Shown here one piece after another: positions 1-9,294 of a stretch of DNA of 64,000 nucleotides. Below the pieces are notes generated by a model. That model was not told the DNA's origin, did not search any database, and was given only the letters and a program-made list of their open reading frames with translations. A program made the position numbers and the translations under genes. Each line of letters begins with the position of its first letter. Positions within the stretch are counted from its first letter, which is position 1. The stretch lies in NCBI GenBank assembly GCA_964599075.1, contig CAZREG010000008.1, forward strand, positions 8,972 through 72,971, written 5' to 3'. The stretch comes from an uncultured Spirochaetaceae bacterium. GTDB lineage: Bacteria > Spirochaetota > Spirochaetia > DSM-27196 > SLST01.

Positions 1-66
1 ACAAGCGCGGATTGTTCCCGGTACTCTGCTACCAATAAAACGTTCCTGACAAACGGATTCCATGTA

Positions 67-1203
67 GTGACTCGCGGTAGTGTACAACAACAGCAATCAG
101 GCGCCCGCCGCGAGGCAGGCGGACTGCAACATTCAGTAGTTGCCGGTCTCTCCCGCAGGCGTGATCAGCTCGTTGAGCTCTCCGAACACGTCTCAAGCGA
201 ACAGTTCGTCGCTGCAACTGCGCTCGCTGCGAATCACGCACGGCGAGCGGCCAAACGGTGTCTGGTCATTGCCGCCAGCGATCAGAGACTATCGCGGATA
301 GACCAGCTAATCCAGCAGCAGGACAAATCGGCCGCCCGAGTAGCCATCGTACGGCTCAACGGGACGGTGGCAGGAAAAGTTGGACGAACACAGAATCGAC
401 CAATGATCATGCTCGCAACCGCTGAGGGTGTCATTGATCACCTGCGTCGTGACGATCTACAGGTGCGAACCTCGCGGCTCTGTATTGTCGATGCAGTTGG
501 AGCGGAAAAACCGGAGCAGTTTGGGGCTGATCTGCAGTTCATCTATACGAAACTGCATGCAAAACCGCTCAGTGTGGCATTTGTCCCGGAAGCGAGCTCC
601 GATCTCCAACTCCTGCTTGAATTGCTTCGCAGACCGGTGACTCTGTGTTCATCAGAGTTCAGCGAGCCTGCAGGAGTCCGGACCAGTCAGGAACAGACAG
701 AGGAGCACGCCATGAGCGATCTACCATTTTCAGAGTCGGATCTCAAGGAGAGGATCTCAGATATCCTTCATGAGATCCATGAGTCAGAAGACCCTATCGA
801 GATGACCAAGCTGAAACGATTGGTTCGCAAGCACACATCACTATTCAGCCGCAGTTACATCACGGCCTACCTGCTCAAGCAAGCTATCGGAGGTGGCGCT
901 CCGGCCCGTAGCAAGCGCCGTGAGCGGAGTTCACGCTCTGACAAGCACGAGACCGAGAACAGAGACCAGCAGAGCATATTCGTCAGCATTGGACGAAACC
1001 GCAGGGTACACACGCGCGACTTGATCACATTTTTCACCAGTGCCGATGGGATCACCTCTGACGATATTGGGCAGATCAAAGTACTCGACAACTACAGTTT
1101 TGTTGAGGTGAATAAAGAGAAGGCTCAGTCTGCCATTGAGGCGCTCAATGGTCAGGAGCTTCGCGGCAGAAAGCTTACGGTGAACTTCGCCCGCCGGAAG
1201 TAA
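67..1203 (+). CDS. Degenerate DEAD-box helicase domain 1 fused to C-terminal DbpA-type RNA-binding domain; frame is open to the window edge so the true start is uncertain
   Basis: C-terminus SIFVSIGRNRRV...DDIGQIKVLDNYSFVEV...AIEALNG..LRGRKLTVNFA is a DbpA RBD. N-terminal half has helicase-like spacing (ATAEGVIDHLRRDDLQVRTSRLCIVDAVG). Internal SD GAGGAG at 700-705 precedes in-frame ATG 712. Confidence 0.75.
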   Translation: MTRGSVQQQQSGARREAGGLQHSVVAGLSRRRDQLVELSEHVSSEQFVAATALAANHARRAAKRCLVIAASDQRLSRIDQLIQQQDKSAARVAIVRLNGTVAGKVGRTQNRPMIMLATAEGVIDHLRRDDLQVRTSRLCIVDAVGAEKPEQFGADLQFIYTKLHAKPLSVAFVPEASSDLQLLLELLRRPVTLCSSEFSEPAGVRTSQEQTEEHAMSDLPFSESDLKERISDILHEIHESEDPIEMTKLKRLVRKHTSLFSRSYITAYLLKQAIGGGAPARSKRRERSSRSDKHETENRDQQSIFVSIGRNRRVHTRDLITFFTSADGITSDDIGQIKVLDNYSFVEVNKEKAQSAIEALNGQELRGRKLTVNFARRK

Positions 1204-1209
1204 CCCGAA

Positions 1210-2361
1210 CTACAGCAAGAGCCCCAGGATGAGCAGCGCAATAATGAAGTTTGCAAGCAGACCTACTGCGAGTATCGCAGTAGAGGCAAGCTCATACATC
1301 CGGGCCCGACGCCTGCAGCTGAGGACCAGCCGTGCCGGATCGCCTTCTATGATCATTGGCTCGGCAAGGGCGTCCCGCGAAGCATGCCGGACATCCGCGG
1401 GTTCTTGCGAGGAACGGGTGTCGGGGTTGCCGTAGAGGTTGATGACCGAGCCACGGATTGAGGCTGGAATCGGCACTCGGAATACACCGGCATCAACGAG
1501 CGCCGTTGCTTCGTCAGAGGAAACTTGCCATCGGCAGTAGCGCCCACCTCCCGGAAGATCACCGCACTCCTGATCACTGGCGAGAAAGCGTTCGGGGAGC
1601 GCGACTACATCCCGAAGAGCCCGATAGCGACGGCCACGCCTCCAGAGAAGACGATAGACATAGAAGAAGCCTACCGCCGGGGGCAGGAGTGGAAGGACAG
1701 GAACTGTAGCCAGGGCAATAGCGAGCTGTGCCACCGCCCTACCCGTCTGCTGTTGCAGTAACACGTACGCCCAGAGCAGAAGGCTGATAGTTGCTCCGGC
1801 GAGAGAGCTCGGGGTGACGGAGTTCCAGTACTCGTTCGCCTGGCGACCGCTCCAGATTGACCGCCGCACCAGAGTCTCATCAGGACCGTCAAAAAAGATC
1901 GCCGCTACAAAGTCGCCACGTGGCGCCCGAATCACCGGGTGCGCTCCTGATACGTCAAGCCGACCACATACCAGCACCCGCGCACCTTCCGGAAGGCTGC
2001 CCATCCTATTCCAGCTTGTCCGCATCGGAACTGTGTCTTCCTGACCCGGGCCATGAGAGCTCACCACATAGACGGCGCTTCGTGCCATGTCAGTCGCAAC
2101 ACTAATCTGCGAGCTTCGAACCCATAGCGTGTGCTCGCCCTGTATACTCTCCAGCGATCCTACGATTCTCACCGTCTGCGACTCGGGAACCCGGGAGCCT
2201 GAATGCAGGGATGCATAGGTCAACGGTTGGGAACATGAGGCACGCAGCACGTGGGCGCGGAATCGTCTCCACCGATACCGGACGCCAAAGGCCCCAATCG
2301 CCGGCAGAACCAGGAGAAAGAGAGCCGCTGTGGCGAGAACACCAAGTACGGGACCACTCAA
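1210..2361 (-). CDS. Hypothetical integral membrane protein
   Basis: 383-aa ORF, TTG start with GGAGG SD upstream, N-terminal, central and C-terminal hydrophobic segments. No family recognised. Confidence 0.6.
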   Translation of the reverse strand: MSGPVLGVLATAALFLLVLPAIGAFGVRYRWRRFRAHVLRASCSQPLTYASLHSGSRVPESQTVRIVGSLESIQGEHTLWVRSSQISVATDMARSAVYVVSSHGPGQEDTVPMRTSWNRMGSLPEGARVLVCGRLDVSGAHPVIRAPRGDFVAAIFFDGPDETLVRRSIWSGRQANEYWNSVTPSSLAGATISLLLWAYVLLQQQTGRAVAQLAIALATVPVLPLLPPAVGFFYVYRLLWRRGRRYRALRDVVALPERFLASDQECGDLPGGGRYCRWQVSSDEATALVDAGVFRVPIPASIRGSVINLYGNPDTRSSQEPADVRHASRDALAEPMIIEGDPARLVLSCRRRARMYELASTAILAVGLLANFIIALLILGLLL

Positions 2362-2366
2362 CTAGC

Positions 2367-2395
2367 TTGTCCTCCAGGACCAAATCCTCTAATTT
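2367..2395 (+). promoter_or_regulatory. Putative sigma70 promoter, near-leaderless, for MBL hydrolase
   Basis: TTGTCC(2367-2372)-N17-TAATTT(2390-2395)-N8-ATG(2404), no SD. Confidence 0.45.
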
Positions 2396-2403
2396 GACAC
2401 GAT

Positions 2404-3084
2404 ATGGTAGAACGCATCATCGTAGGACCACTGTATACAAACGCGTATGTGGTATCTACCGGCAAGAAAGAGTGTATGATCGTAGACCCGGGTGGCGATT
2501 CGGACCTGCTGCTGCAGCGGCTCGAGATTCTCAACGTCATACCTACTGCCATTGTATTCACCCATGGCCATCTCGACCACACGAGTGCGGCGCAGGCGAT
2601 CATCGAGCACTACAGCGATCGGGTAGAGAAGATCGAGGTAGGTATCCACCGTAGCGACCGTTCCTACCTTCCCCCAAAGGGGGAGCAGACAAATCGGGAG
2701 CTCTTTGAACCGCTCGGCGAAGATGCGATGGTGGTGTTTAATCAGCTAAACACCGAGCTTCCCAAGCCGACGTTTTTTCTCAAGGACGGCGACCCCATTC
2801 TGGATACTGATTTCTTGGCCGTCCATACACCAGGCCACACGCAGGGTAGCGTCTGTCTGTACAGTGAGGAGCGCAGCGCACTGTTCTCCGGCGATACGTT
2901 GTTTTTCAAGACTGTCGGGAGAACCGATGTCACCGGTGCAGATCTTGAGAAGCTGACGAAGAGTATTACCAAGACGCTGTTCGAGTTGCCCTCTGAAACA
3001 CGCCTGTTCCCGGGGCACGGGCCAAACTCTACTCTCGAGCGGGAGATGGAATATAACGATTTCACTCCCAATCCACAGATATAG
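2404..3084 (+). CDS. MBL-fold metallo-hydrolase (glyoxalase II/YcbL-like)
   Basis: THGHLDH metal motif, HTPGHTQGS, FSGDTLF, PGHG. Confidence 0.9.
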   Translation: MVERIIVGPLYTNAYVVSTGKKECMIVDPGGDSDLLLQRLEILNVIPTAIVFTHGHLDHTSAAQAIIEHYSDRVEKIEVGIHRSDRSYLPPKGEQTNRELFEPLGEDAMVVFNQLNTELPKPTFFLKDGDPILDTDFLAVHTPGHTQGSVCLYSEERSALFSGDTLFFKTVGRTDVTGADLEKLTKSITKTLFELPSETRLFPGHGPNSTLEREMEYNDFTPNPQI

Positions 3085-3125
3085 CGAGAAGCATCTTCAG
3101 AGGAAGTCCGGTGTGCCGCCGAGAA

Positions 3126-3518
3126 TCACGCGGAGAGATTGAGAAAGATTCCGCTTTCCGACGCCCCGGCGGCGAACGTTCCAACTCCAACATCAGCCCT
3201 CTTGAAAGCGTCTGCAAGCTCGGTGGCGAGCTGCTGGATCTGCGCGTCCGGTCCGCTCTCCGTGGTGAGAGAACCTACATCAAGCGAGTTGTCTGATCGA
3301 AGCGTAACCAATCGGTCTACCATGATATCTATGAGTTGGAGCTTTGAGATCGAGTAGCCGCCGTCGTCCCTGCTCGGCACACCCTTGACATGTTCGAGAC
3401 TTGTGTAGACGCCACCCCGTAGCGGTAGCGCCACCTTCCCGGAGGCGAACTGCGCTCTGACCAGGCTGGAGACCGGTACATTACGAGTGACAGCTGTCTG
3501 CGTTGCAGCGCTTATCAT
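3126..3518 (-). CDS. Conserved spirochete hypothetical protein downstream of dksA
   Basis: SD GAGGAA before ATG 3518. Core GKVALPL..VYTSLEHVKGVP...YSISKLQLIDIMVDRL resembles, from memory, the hypothetical gene next to dksA in treponemes. Confidence 0.6.
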   Translation of the reverse strand: MISAATQTAVTRNVPVSSLVRAQFASGKVALPLRGGVYTSLEHVKGVPSRDDGGYSISKLQLIDIMVDRLVTLRSDNSLDVGSLTTESGPDAQIQQLATELADAFKRADVGVGTFAAGASESGIFLNLSA

Positions 3519-3568
3519 ACACTTCCTCATCTAAAGAATCGGAAGTGATGGATGTCCTCTTTAGCGGC

Positions 3569-3925
3569 CTATCTGTTGCGTCGTTCGAGTTCGTTCTGCT
3601 CTTCTATACGGTACAGTGCGTACGGTATGGCCCGCAGCCGCTCCTTCGGAATCGGTGCTCCACTCTTCAGCGAGAGCCCGTACTTGCCGTTTTCTATGCG
3701 AACAAGAGCCGACTCGATCAATCGTAATCGCTTTAGCTCCTGAGCACCGAGCGCCTCGAGCGTCGTCTTGTCTATGTCGCTGCTGGCTATATCCACGAGA
3801 TCCTTGGAATCGTCCTTCTCAACGATGTCCTTGAACTCCTCGTCCTCTGACATGAGATTTTGGAGTATCTCGGCTTTCATTTCCAGGAGCTTCTCTTTCA
3901 TCTCCTCGACAAATGCTTTCTCCAT
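3569..3925 (-). CDS. dksA: DksA/TraR family RNA polymerase-binding factor, cysteine-free
   Basis: Coiled-coil tip DLVDIA, then ALVRIENGKYG...IPKERLRAIPYA. No Cys in the protein. Confidence 0.88.
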   Translation of the reverse strand: MEKAFVEEMKEKLLEMKAEILQNLMSEDEEFKDIVEKDDSKDLVDIASSDIDKTTLEALGAQELKRLRLIESALVRIENGKYGLSLKSGAPIPKERLRAIPYALYRIEEQNELERRNR

Positions 3926-3995
3926 CTGTTCCCGCTCCCCCTAAAAGAGATGCGGTAATGTGATATTTCCATTACAAAAAGTCAACAGCTGTGAA

Positions 3996-4025
3996 TTGAC
4001 ATTACAACTGCGTGTTCCGTACTCT
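3996..4025 (+). promoter_or_regulatory. Putative sigma70 promoter of infA
   Basis: TTGACA(3996-4001)-N18-TACTCT(4020-4025), followed by SD AAGGAG. Confidence 0.5.
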
Positions 4026-4045
4026 CTTGAAACAAAGGAGTTGCA

Positions 4046-4264
4046 GTGGCAAAAGAGGAAGCAATTGAAGTAGAGGGCGTAGTGACCGAGTCTCTGCCCA
4101 ACACCATGTTCAGAGTTGAGCTCAAGAATGGACACAACATTCTCACCCATCTCTCTGGAAAGATGAGAAAGCACTACATCCGAATTGTTCCAGGCGATAA
4201 AGTGAAAGTGGCCCTCTCACCATACGATCTGACGCGGGGAAGAATTATCTACCGGGAACGATAG
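4046..4264 (+). CDS. infA: Translation initiation factor IF-1
   Basis: [69 protein letters not shown] start with SD. Confidence 0.98.
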   Translation: MAKEEAIEVEGVVTESLPNTMFRVELKNGHNILTHLSGKMRKHYIRIVPGDKVKVALSPYDLTRGRIIYRER

Positions 4265-4300
4265 CTTCCGGGTTGCCGGGGCGGTTGCGGGACAGCGCTC

Positions 4301-4693
4301 CTACTCGGACGGCTCGAGATTCTCACCGTCCTCAGTTGCGGTTTCCCCGCGAAGCATTACCCACAAGGCTCCGGTGCCACCCTGAGATCCTTTTGCATAC
4401 CCCATCTGCCCCGCGCGACTGTCACGCTCAAGCATGGCACGCACCTCCCGCTTGATGACACCTGATCCGTTATCGCCCTTTCCGTGCACGATAAGAATCT
4501 TCCTGTATCCAGCGTTGACGCTCTGCTCAAGGAACTGACGCGTTGCGAGCAGGGCCTCGTCGAGCTTGTAGCCATGCAGATCAATGGTGTCGTCTATCTT
4601 CACGCGCTTCGGACTCACGCGTGCCTGCTCAGCGTCTTCGCCATCACCGTCTTTATCCACCGGGGGATACTTGTCAATCCAGCTCATGTCCAT
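4301..4693 (-). CDS. Smr/MutS2 domain protein
   Basis: IDLHGY, ILIVHGKG..GSGVIK, GGTGALWVML. SD AAGGAG before ATG 4693. Confidence 0.88.
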   Translation of the reverse strand: MDMSWIDKYPPVDKDGDGEDAEQARVSPKRVKIDDTIDLHGYKLDEALLATRQFLEQSVNAGYRKILIVHGKGDNGSGVIKREVRAMLERDSRAGQMGYAKGSQGGTGALWVMLRGETATEDGENLEPSE

Positions 4694-4704
4694 GAAGTGC
4701 TCCT

Positions 4705-6744
4705 TCACCCGTCAGCACGCGTCTGCAAACGATATCGCAACCGGCTGTACTCGGGATTCCCGGGCCACAGTAACTGTCCCCCCGAGACCCACCCTTCGAG
4801 CCCGGCAGCGGTCTTCACCAGTACGAACTGGTCGTGGGTACTTGCAATATCAACGGCGGTCCCTTCCGGCACCACCAGCCACCCTGCCGACTCCTCCGTG
4901 GGGATCCGACGCAGGTTATAGTCCGATGTGACCACTCCAAGCTGCTCGCCAAAGACCATGCTCGTCGCAATCAGCCCCACTAAAGATACTAACACCAGAA
5001 TGCCGGTAACCAGCTGACCCAGCAAAAAGAGTCCACGTTTTCGTCGCCAGGCTAAGGCAGTCAGGACTGCGACTGCATTCACCGACGCCGCGAGCATCGC
5101 AAAGAAGAGATCTGGATGGACTATGTGACGGGGCGCGACTGAGCGATTAAGTGACGCCGAACCCTCCACCGTTGACAGGAGGCCCCGCATGACTGGAAGG
5201 CGCGGAGCGAGTCTGATCGCTTCCCTCGCCGCGTACACCGAACGCGGGATATCACCAACCTTGAAATAGAGTACCGAGAGGTTGTACTCCAGACTCGGGG
5301 AGGAAACGCCGGTGCGATGCTCACGCTCGAGGACTTCGATCGCCTGCTCCACTTCTCCGGCAGCGTAGAGTTCAAGCCCTTCAGCCATTGAGTCGTGCGG
5401 AAGGATGGTGGAAGCGGCGTCTGTGAGGAAGAGAACTGCACCGAGCGCAAGGCCTATCGAAACAGGCTTCTTCCAGAATCGGGTTGCTATCAGAAAAAGT
5501 ATCCCTGGGACGAACCAGCCGTAGCTGAATGGTGAAGTAAACCAGACGCGCCGCTCGACTTCTACTGCTTCCTCGATCGACAGCGGCTCGAGATCCCTTG
5601 TCATATCGCCGACACGGGCCGGCTGCCGAACCGCAGTGATGACCGGTACGATAGGTGGGCCACTCTGCCGATCGATGCGACGCTCGTCCGGCTCAATGGA
5701 GGCGAACGCGGGTGAATGGATCCGGTGAGGACCCTCGGAAAGCGCCCGAAGCGTCGTCACTCTCTCGAGCTGCCCGTGATATCCGTTTTCGCGCGGAATG
5801 AGCTGAGAAACGTTTTGCTCTTCCACCAGCTGAAAACCGGAAATCTCAAGCTGCGGTATGCTAAGGAAGTGCAGATTCCCGGTTCCCGTAATTCGCTGCA
5901 CGACATCAACTGTTTCTCCGACTGGAACTGTCGTTTTAGTGACGCTGAGATCGTAGTCGAAATCACCCACTGCGCCCGAGAGCTCGACCGCGGGAGGGAG
6001 CGGTTGGAGCGGCACCTCCCGAGCAGCGACCTCGACCGCAAAGACCCCGGTAGAGATGGTAGCTTCCGGCAACCGCAGGGAGCCGCTGCCGGTCGCAGTC
6101 AGCATAAAGACCGCAACCGGTATGGTGTACAGGGTTGTTCCATCGATCTCTATCCGTGATATCTCACCAAGCCCCTGCACCTCTTCCAAAATCGCGTTCT
6201 CCGCTCGTCCGAGAGAGAGTGACTGCGGATAGAGAAACTCCGGTACGTTGTAGATTTCAAGCGAATATGCAGCGCTCTGTCCCGCTAGAAGCGGACCGGT
6301 CGGGCCCGACCAGCGCGCGCGAAACGGTACCACACTCCGGTTGCGCGCGGATGAAATCTCAAGGAGACGGCGCTCGGTCAAATAGAGCTGACCGGCAACT
6401 GAGACCGGTATCGCCGGCAGGACAAACCGTCCGGGCTCAGTCGCTGCGAACACAAAACGCACCTCCACCGCACGCCTTCCTCCGTCATCGCGAAACCGAG
6501 TCACCGGTCGGATCGCGGGACCTTCTACCAGACGCAATCCTTCGAACTCAGGAGCCCTTACCGCTACATCTGAGGCTTCCTCGTGATCAATGAGCACGGT
6601 ATAGGTAAGCTGCTCGCCCACTACCAGGAATCGGTCTGAGAGATTGGTCTCGACCTGTCCAAAGAGAGGAGACGCAGTCAGCAGCGCGGCAGCTACCAGT
6701 CCCGCACGCCGTCGGGCTGCCGGTCCTCTCTGTTTGCAATCCAT
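4705..6744 (-). CDS. batD: BatD-family protein with C-terminal TPR and SH3-like (BatE-like) module
   Basis: Signal-like N-terminus, repeated Ig-like BatD segments, AVGDF, ITGTGNL, TM helix, TPR (LEYNLSVLY), SH3-like end (PEGTAV...GLEGWV). Operon context. Confidence 0.8.
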   Translation of the reverse strand: MDCKQRGPAARRRAGLVAAALLTASPLFGQVETNLSDRFLVVGEQLTYTVLIDHEEASDVAVRAPEFEGLRLVEGPAIRPVTRFRDDGGRRAVEVRFVFAATEPGRFVLPAIPVSVAGQLYLTERRLLEISSARNRSVVPFRARWSGPTGPLLAGQSAAYSLEIYNVPEFLYPQSLSLGRAENAILEEVQGLGEISRIEIDGTTLYTIPVAVFMLTATGSGSLRLPEATISTGVFAVEVAAREVPLQPLPPAVELSGAVGDFDYDLSVTKTTVPVGETVDVVQRITGTGNLHFLSIPQLEISGFQLVEEQNVSQLIPRENGYHGQLERVTTLRALSEGPHRIHSPAFASIEPDERRIDRQSGPPIVPVITAVRQPARVGDMTRDLEPLSIEEAVEVERRVWFTSPFSYGWFVPGILFLIATRFWKKPVSIGLALGAVLFLTDAASTILPHDSMAEGLELYAAGEVEQAIEVLEREHRTGVSSPSLEYNLSVLYFKVGDIPRSVYAAREAIRLAPRLPVMRGLLSTVEGSASLNRSVAPRHIVHPDLFFAMLAASVNAVAVLTALAWRRKRGLFLLGQLVTGILVLVSLVGLIATSMVFGEQLGVVTSDYNLRRIPTEESAGWLVVPEGTAVDIASTHDQFVLVKTAAGLEGWVSGGQLLWPGNPEYSRLRYRLQTRADG

Positions 6745-7322
6745 CGTTGGGCTTCCTTTCTTCGCACATACTCGAGTATACGGACGGTCTGGCTGTCTCC
6801 ATCCGCCGATTCAGAGCCATCTCCCTGCCGTTCCGGGGGGCTTTCGGCCTGCTCCGCGGATTCGAGCTTCGCAAGGGTGAGCTCAAGGTTCTGCTTTGCC
6901 GAGAGACTGCGATTGTTCACCTCAAGCGCGTAGCGGAACTCGTCCCGTGCGTCGGCGAATCGCCCCTGCTGGTACAGTAAAACCCCCCGATTGTACGAGG
7001 CGGCATGCACCAGAGTCGTCTGGCGTGACCCGAGTCGATCACCGGCGACTGACTCAAGGTCGATTCGGGCATCGTTCCAGGCTGCAAGAGCCGCCTCCTG
7101 TTCGCCCATGGCGTAGTAGACGTTTCCTACGTTGAACAGGAGCCAGCCGCGATCATCGCTATCCTCATCCGTTGCAAGATAGTGCACAAGTGCGCCCTGA
7201 AAGTCACCACGGGCATACGCCACGTTTCCGCGCAGGACGGAAACTATAGGCGCATCCGCGCAGCCGGTCAGCAGGTGGATGAGGACGACTCCCGTAAAGC
7301 AAATCAGAACATTCCGCGCCAT
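6693..7322 (-). CDS. batC: BatC-like TPR protein
   Basis: GNVAYARGDF, FNVGNVYY, YNRGVLLYQQG, AKQNLEL, QPDGVRDW C-terminus. Confidence 0.8.
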   Translation of the reverse strand: MARNVLICFTGVVLIHLLTGCADAPIVSVLRGNVAYARGDFQGALVHYLATDEDSDDRGWLLFNVGNVYYAMGEQEAALAAWNDARIDLESVAGDRLGSRQTTLVHAASYNRGVLLYQQGRFADARDEFRYALEVNNRSLSAKQNLELTLAKLESAEQAESPPERQGDGSESADGDSQTVRILEYVRRKEAQRWIANREDRQPDGVRDW

Positions 7323-8293
7323 CGAATGAACCGTACCACGAGAGAGACGGTGAGTGAAGCCAGGGCCACCGCAAGAAACAGGCGATATCGCCTGCGCGGA
7401 ACCAGGCGAAATCCTTCGCTTTCCCGTACGGAAGCGAATCGATCCAGGAGAGACACCAGACGATCAGCGGCAGCTACATCCGACAGCGTAATAACTTCAC
7501 CCCCCGTTGCACCGGCAATCTGCACCAGGACCGTCGCATCGGCCCGGGATATAACCGGACGTCCATTCTCATCCAGGAGGGCCGTGCCGTCCGGGGCCGG
7601 CACCACAGCCCCTTCGCGCGTGCCGACGAGCACCGCGAACACGGGAATTCCGAGCGAACGGATCTCTGTGAGCGCCTCGTCAACGCTGCCGGTCAGTGCC
7701 TCACCATCCGTCATGAGAACGATTGCACGATGAGAGAGTGAGGCAGACGGAAACCGCTCGAGTCCCATCTGGAGTCCGGCAGCTATGTTGGTGCCGGGAG
7801 CCGTCACAAGGCCGGGTCCGGCGCCATCGAGCACCGTGTCAATAGCCGCCGTGTCGCCCGTCATGGGGATCAGAACGGTGGCCGCGCCCTTGAACAGCAC
7901 GATCGCCATCCGGGCGAACGGAAGCTCGCGAGAGACCAGTCTGACCGTGTCAACGCTCTGATCAAGGCGGCTTGGCGGGAGATCCTGAGCGAGCATGCTC
8001 CGGGAGACGTCAATGACAACCGCTATATCGAGTCCGCGGCGATCCTCCTCGACCGGTTCCTCCCCCCACGCGAATCCGGCTGAAGCCAGAATCGCGAAGA
8101 TAAGAAAGACATCAAAGCTGAACGCGCTGAGAAACCACTTCACAATAAAAAGAGAGGAGAGGCGCTCAGGACTGAGATGAGATCCAAGGCGCATCAGATC
8201 ACGCCTGCCAAGGAAGAAGCTCCTCAGTTGCAGCGTGACCACCGGAATGAGCACCAGAAGACCGTACAGAAGCTGTGGACTCGTCACACTCAC
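7304..8293 (-). CDS. batB: BatB-like VWA domain protein
   Basis: MIDAS DVSRSM, SRLD, PGTNIA, LMTDGE, flanking TM helices. Confidence 0.85.
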   Translation of the reverse strand: MSVTSPQLLYGLLVLIPVVTLQLRSFFLGRRDLMRLGSHLSPERLSSLFIVKWFLSAFSFDVFLIFAILASAGFAWGEEPVEEDRRGLDIAVVIDVSRSMLAQDLPPSRLDQSVDTVRLVSRELPFARMAIVLFKGAATVLIPMTGDTAAIDTVLDGAGPGLVTAPGTNIAAGLQMGLERFPSASLSHRAIVLMTDGEALTGSVDEALTEIRSLGIPVFAVLVGTREGAVVPAPDGTALLDENGRPVISRADATVLVQIAGATGGEVITLSDVAAADRLVSLLDRFASVRESEGFRLVPRRRYRLFLAVALASLTVSLVVRFIRWRGMF

Positions 8294-9294
8294 GGGAGCA
8301 CCTCCCGGACGAAGAGTCTCCGGATCAGGAAGTCAAGGAGAATCAGGGCAAGCGCGAGCAGAATGGCCTCCCGGAAGTACGGGGTTCGCTCTACGACCAT
8401 CAGAGAGCGCTCCTCAACACGCTCGACGGTGTCGATCGCCTCGAAAACCGATGCGAGCGCCGTCCTTGAACCGGCGAAGAAGTAACGTCCCCGACCCGCC
8501 TCTGTGATTCGCCGAAGCGCCTCCTCTTCAAACCCGTCAACAAGCTCGCCGGACCGAGTAGCCCCGGTCTCCGGATCTGTAACCACCAGGTCTACCGGCT
8601 CACCGCTCCCGATCCCTACCACATAGAGCTCGATTCCCAGCGACTCGGCTGCGGCTGCTGCAGTCTCAGGCTGAATCTCCCCGGCGTTGTTGACGCCATC
8701 AGTGATGAGGATAATTGCGCGGCGGGGCGCGTCAGAGCTCTGCAGATGCAACGCGGCTACCGCTATTCCCATCCCGATTGCAGTGCCGTCTCCGAGCTCG
8801 AACACGACCATCTGCTCGAGCACCGATAGCAGATGCTCGTAGTCGAGTGTCGGGGGAACCCGGAGAGCCGCCTCCTCCCCAAAGCCCACCAGCCCGATTG
8901 GGTCGTTCTCCCGCCGGCTGATAAACTCCCGAACAACCTGACGAGCCGCCTCGAAGCGGTTGTCGGGCTGGAAATCCCGGGCGGCCATGGTAGGACTCTG
9001 ATCAAGCGCAATGATAATGTCTGCCCCGCGAGTGAGGAACGCCCGCTCGCGCTCGGCCAGTTCCGGTCCTGCGGCGGCAACAATGAGAAGAGAAAAGCCG
9101 GTCCAGAATGCTATCGAAGAAAAGACGATCAGCGCCGTGGTGGCAGTCGTAGGTCCACGAAAACCAGCACGTCCCCAGACCCGAAACGGAAAGGCAAGAG
9201 TTCCGCCGCGAGAGGGCCAGAAATGGCGGGCGGCAACGAGGACGGGAACGGTGATCAGGAGCAAGAGCAGCGCAGGACGCTCAAATACGAGCAT
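8290..9294 (-). CDS. batA: BatA-like VWA domain protein
   Basis: GADIIIALDQSPTM, DGTAIGMGI, ILITDG.NNAG, YVVGIG. SD GGAGG before ATG 9294. Confidence 0.85.
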   Translation of the reverse strand: MLVFERPALLLLLITVPVLVAARHFWPSRGGTLAFPFRVWGRAGFRGPTTATTALIVFSSIAFWTGFSLLIVAAAGPELAERERAFLTRGADIIIALDQSPTMAARDFQPDNRFEAARQVVREFISRRENDPIGLVGFGEEAALRVPPTLDYEHLLSVLEQMVVFELGDGTAIGMGIAVAALHLQSSDAPRRAIILITDGVNNAGEIQPETAAAAAESLGIELYVVGIGSGEPVDLVVTDPETGATRSGELVDGFEEEALRRITEAGRGRYFFAGSRTALASVFEAIDTVERVEERSLMVVERTPYFREAILLALALILLDFLIRRLFVREVLP

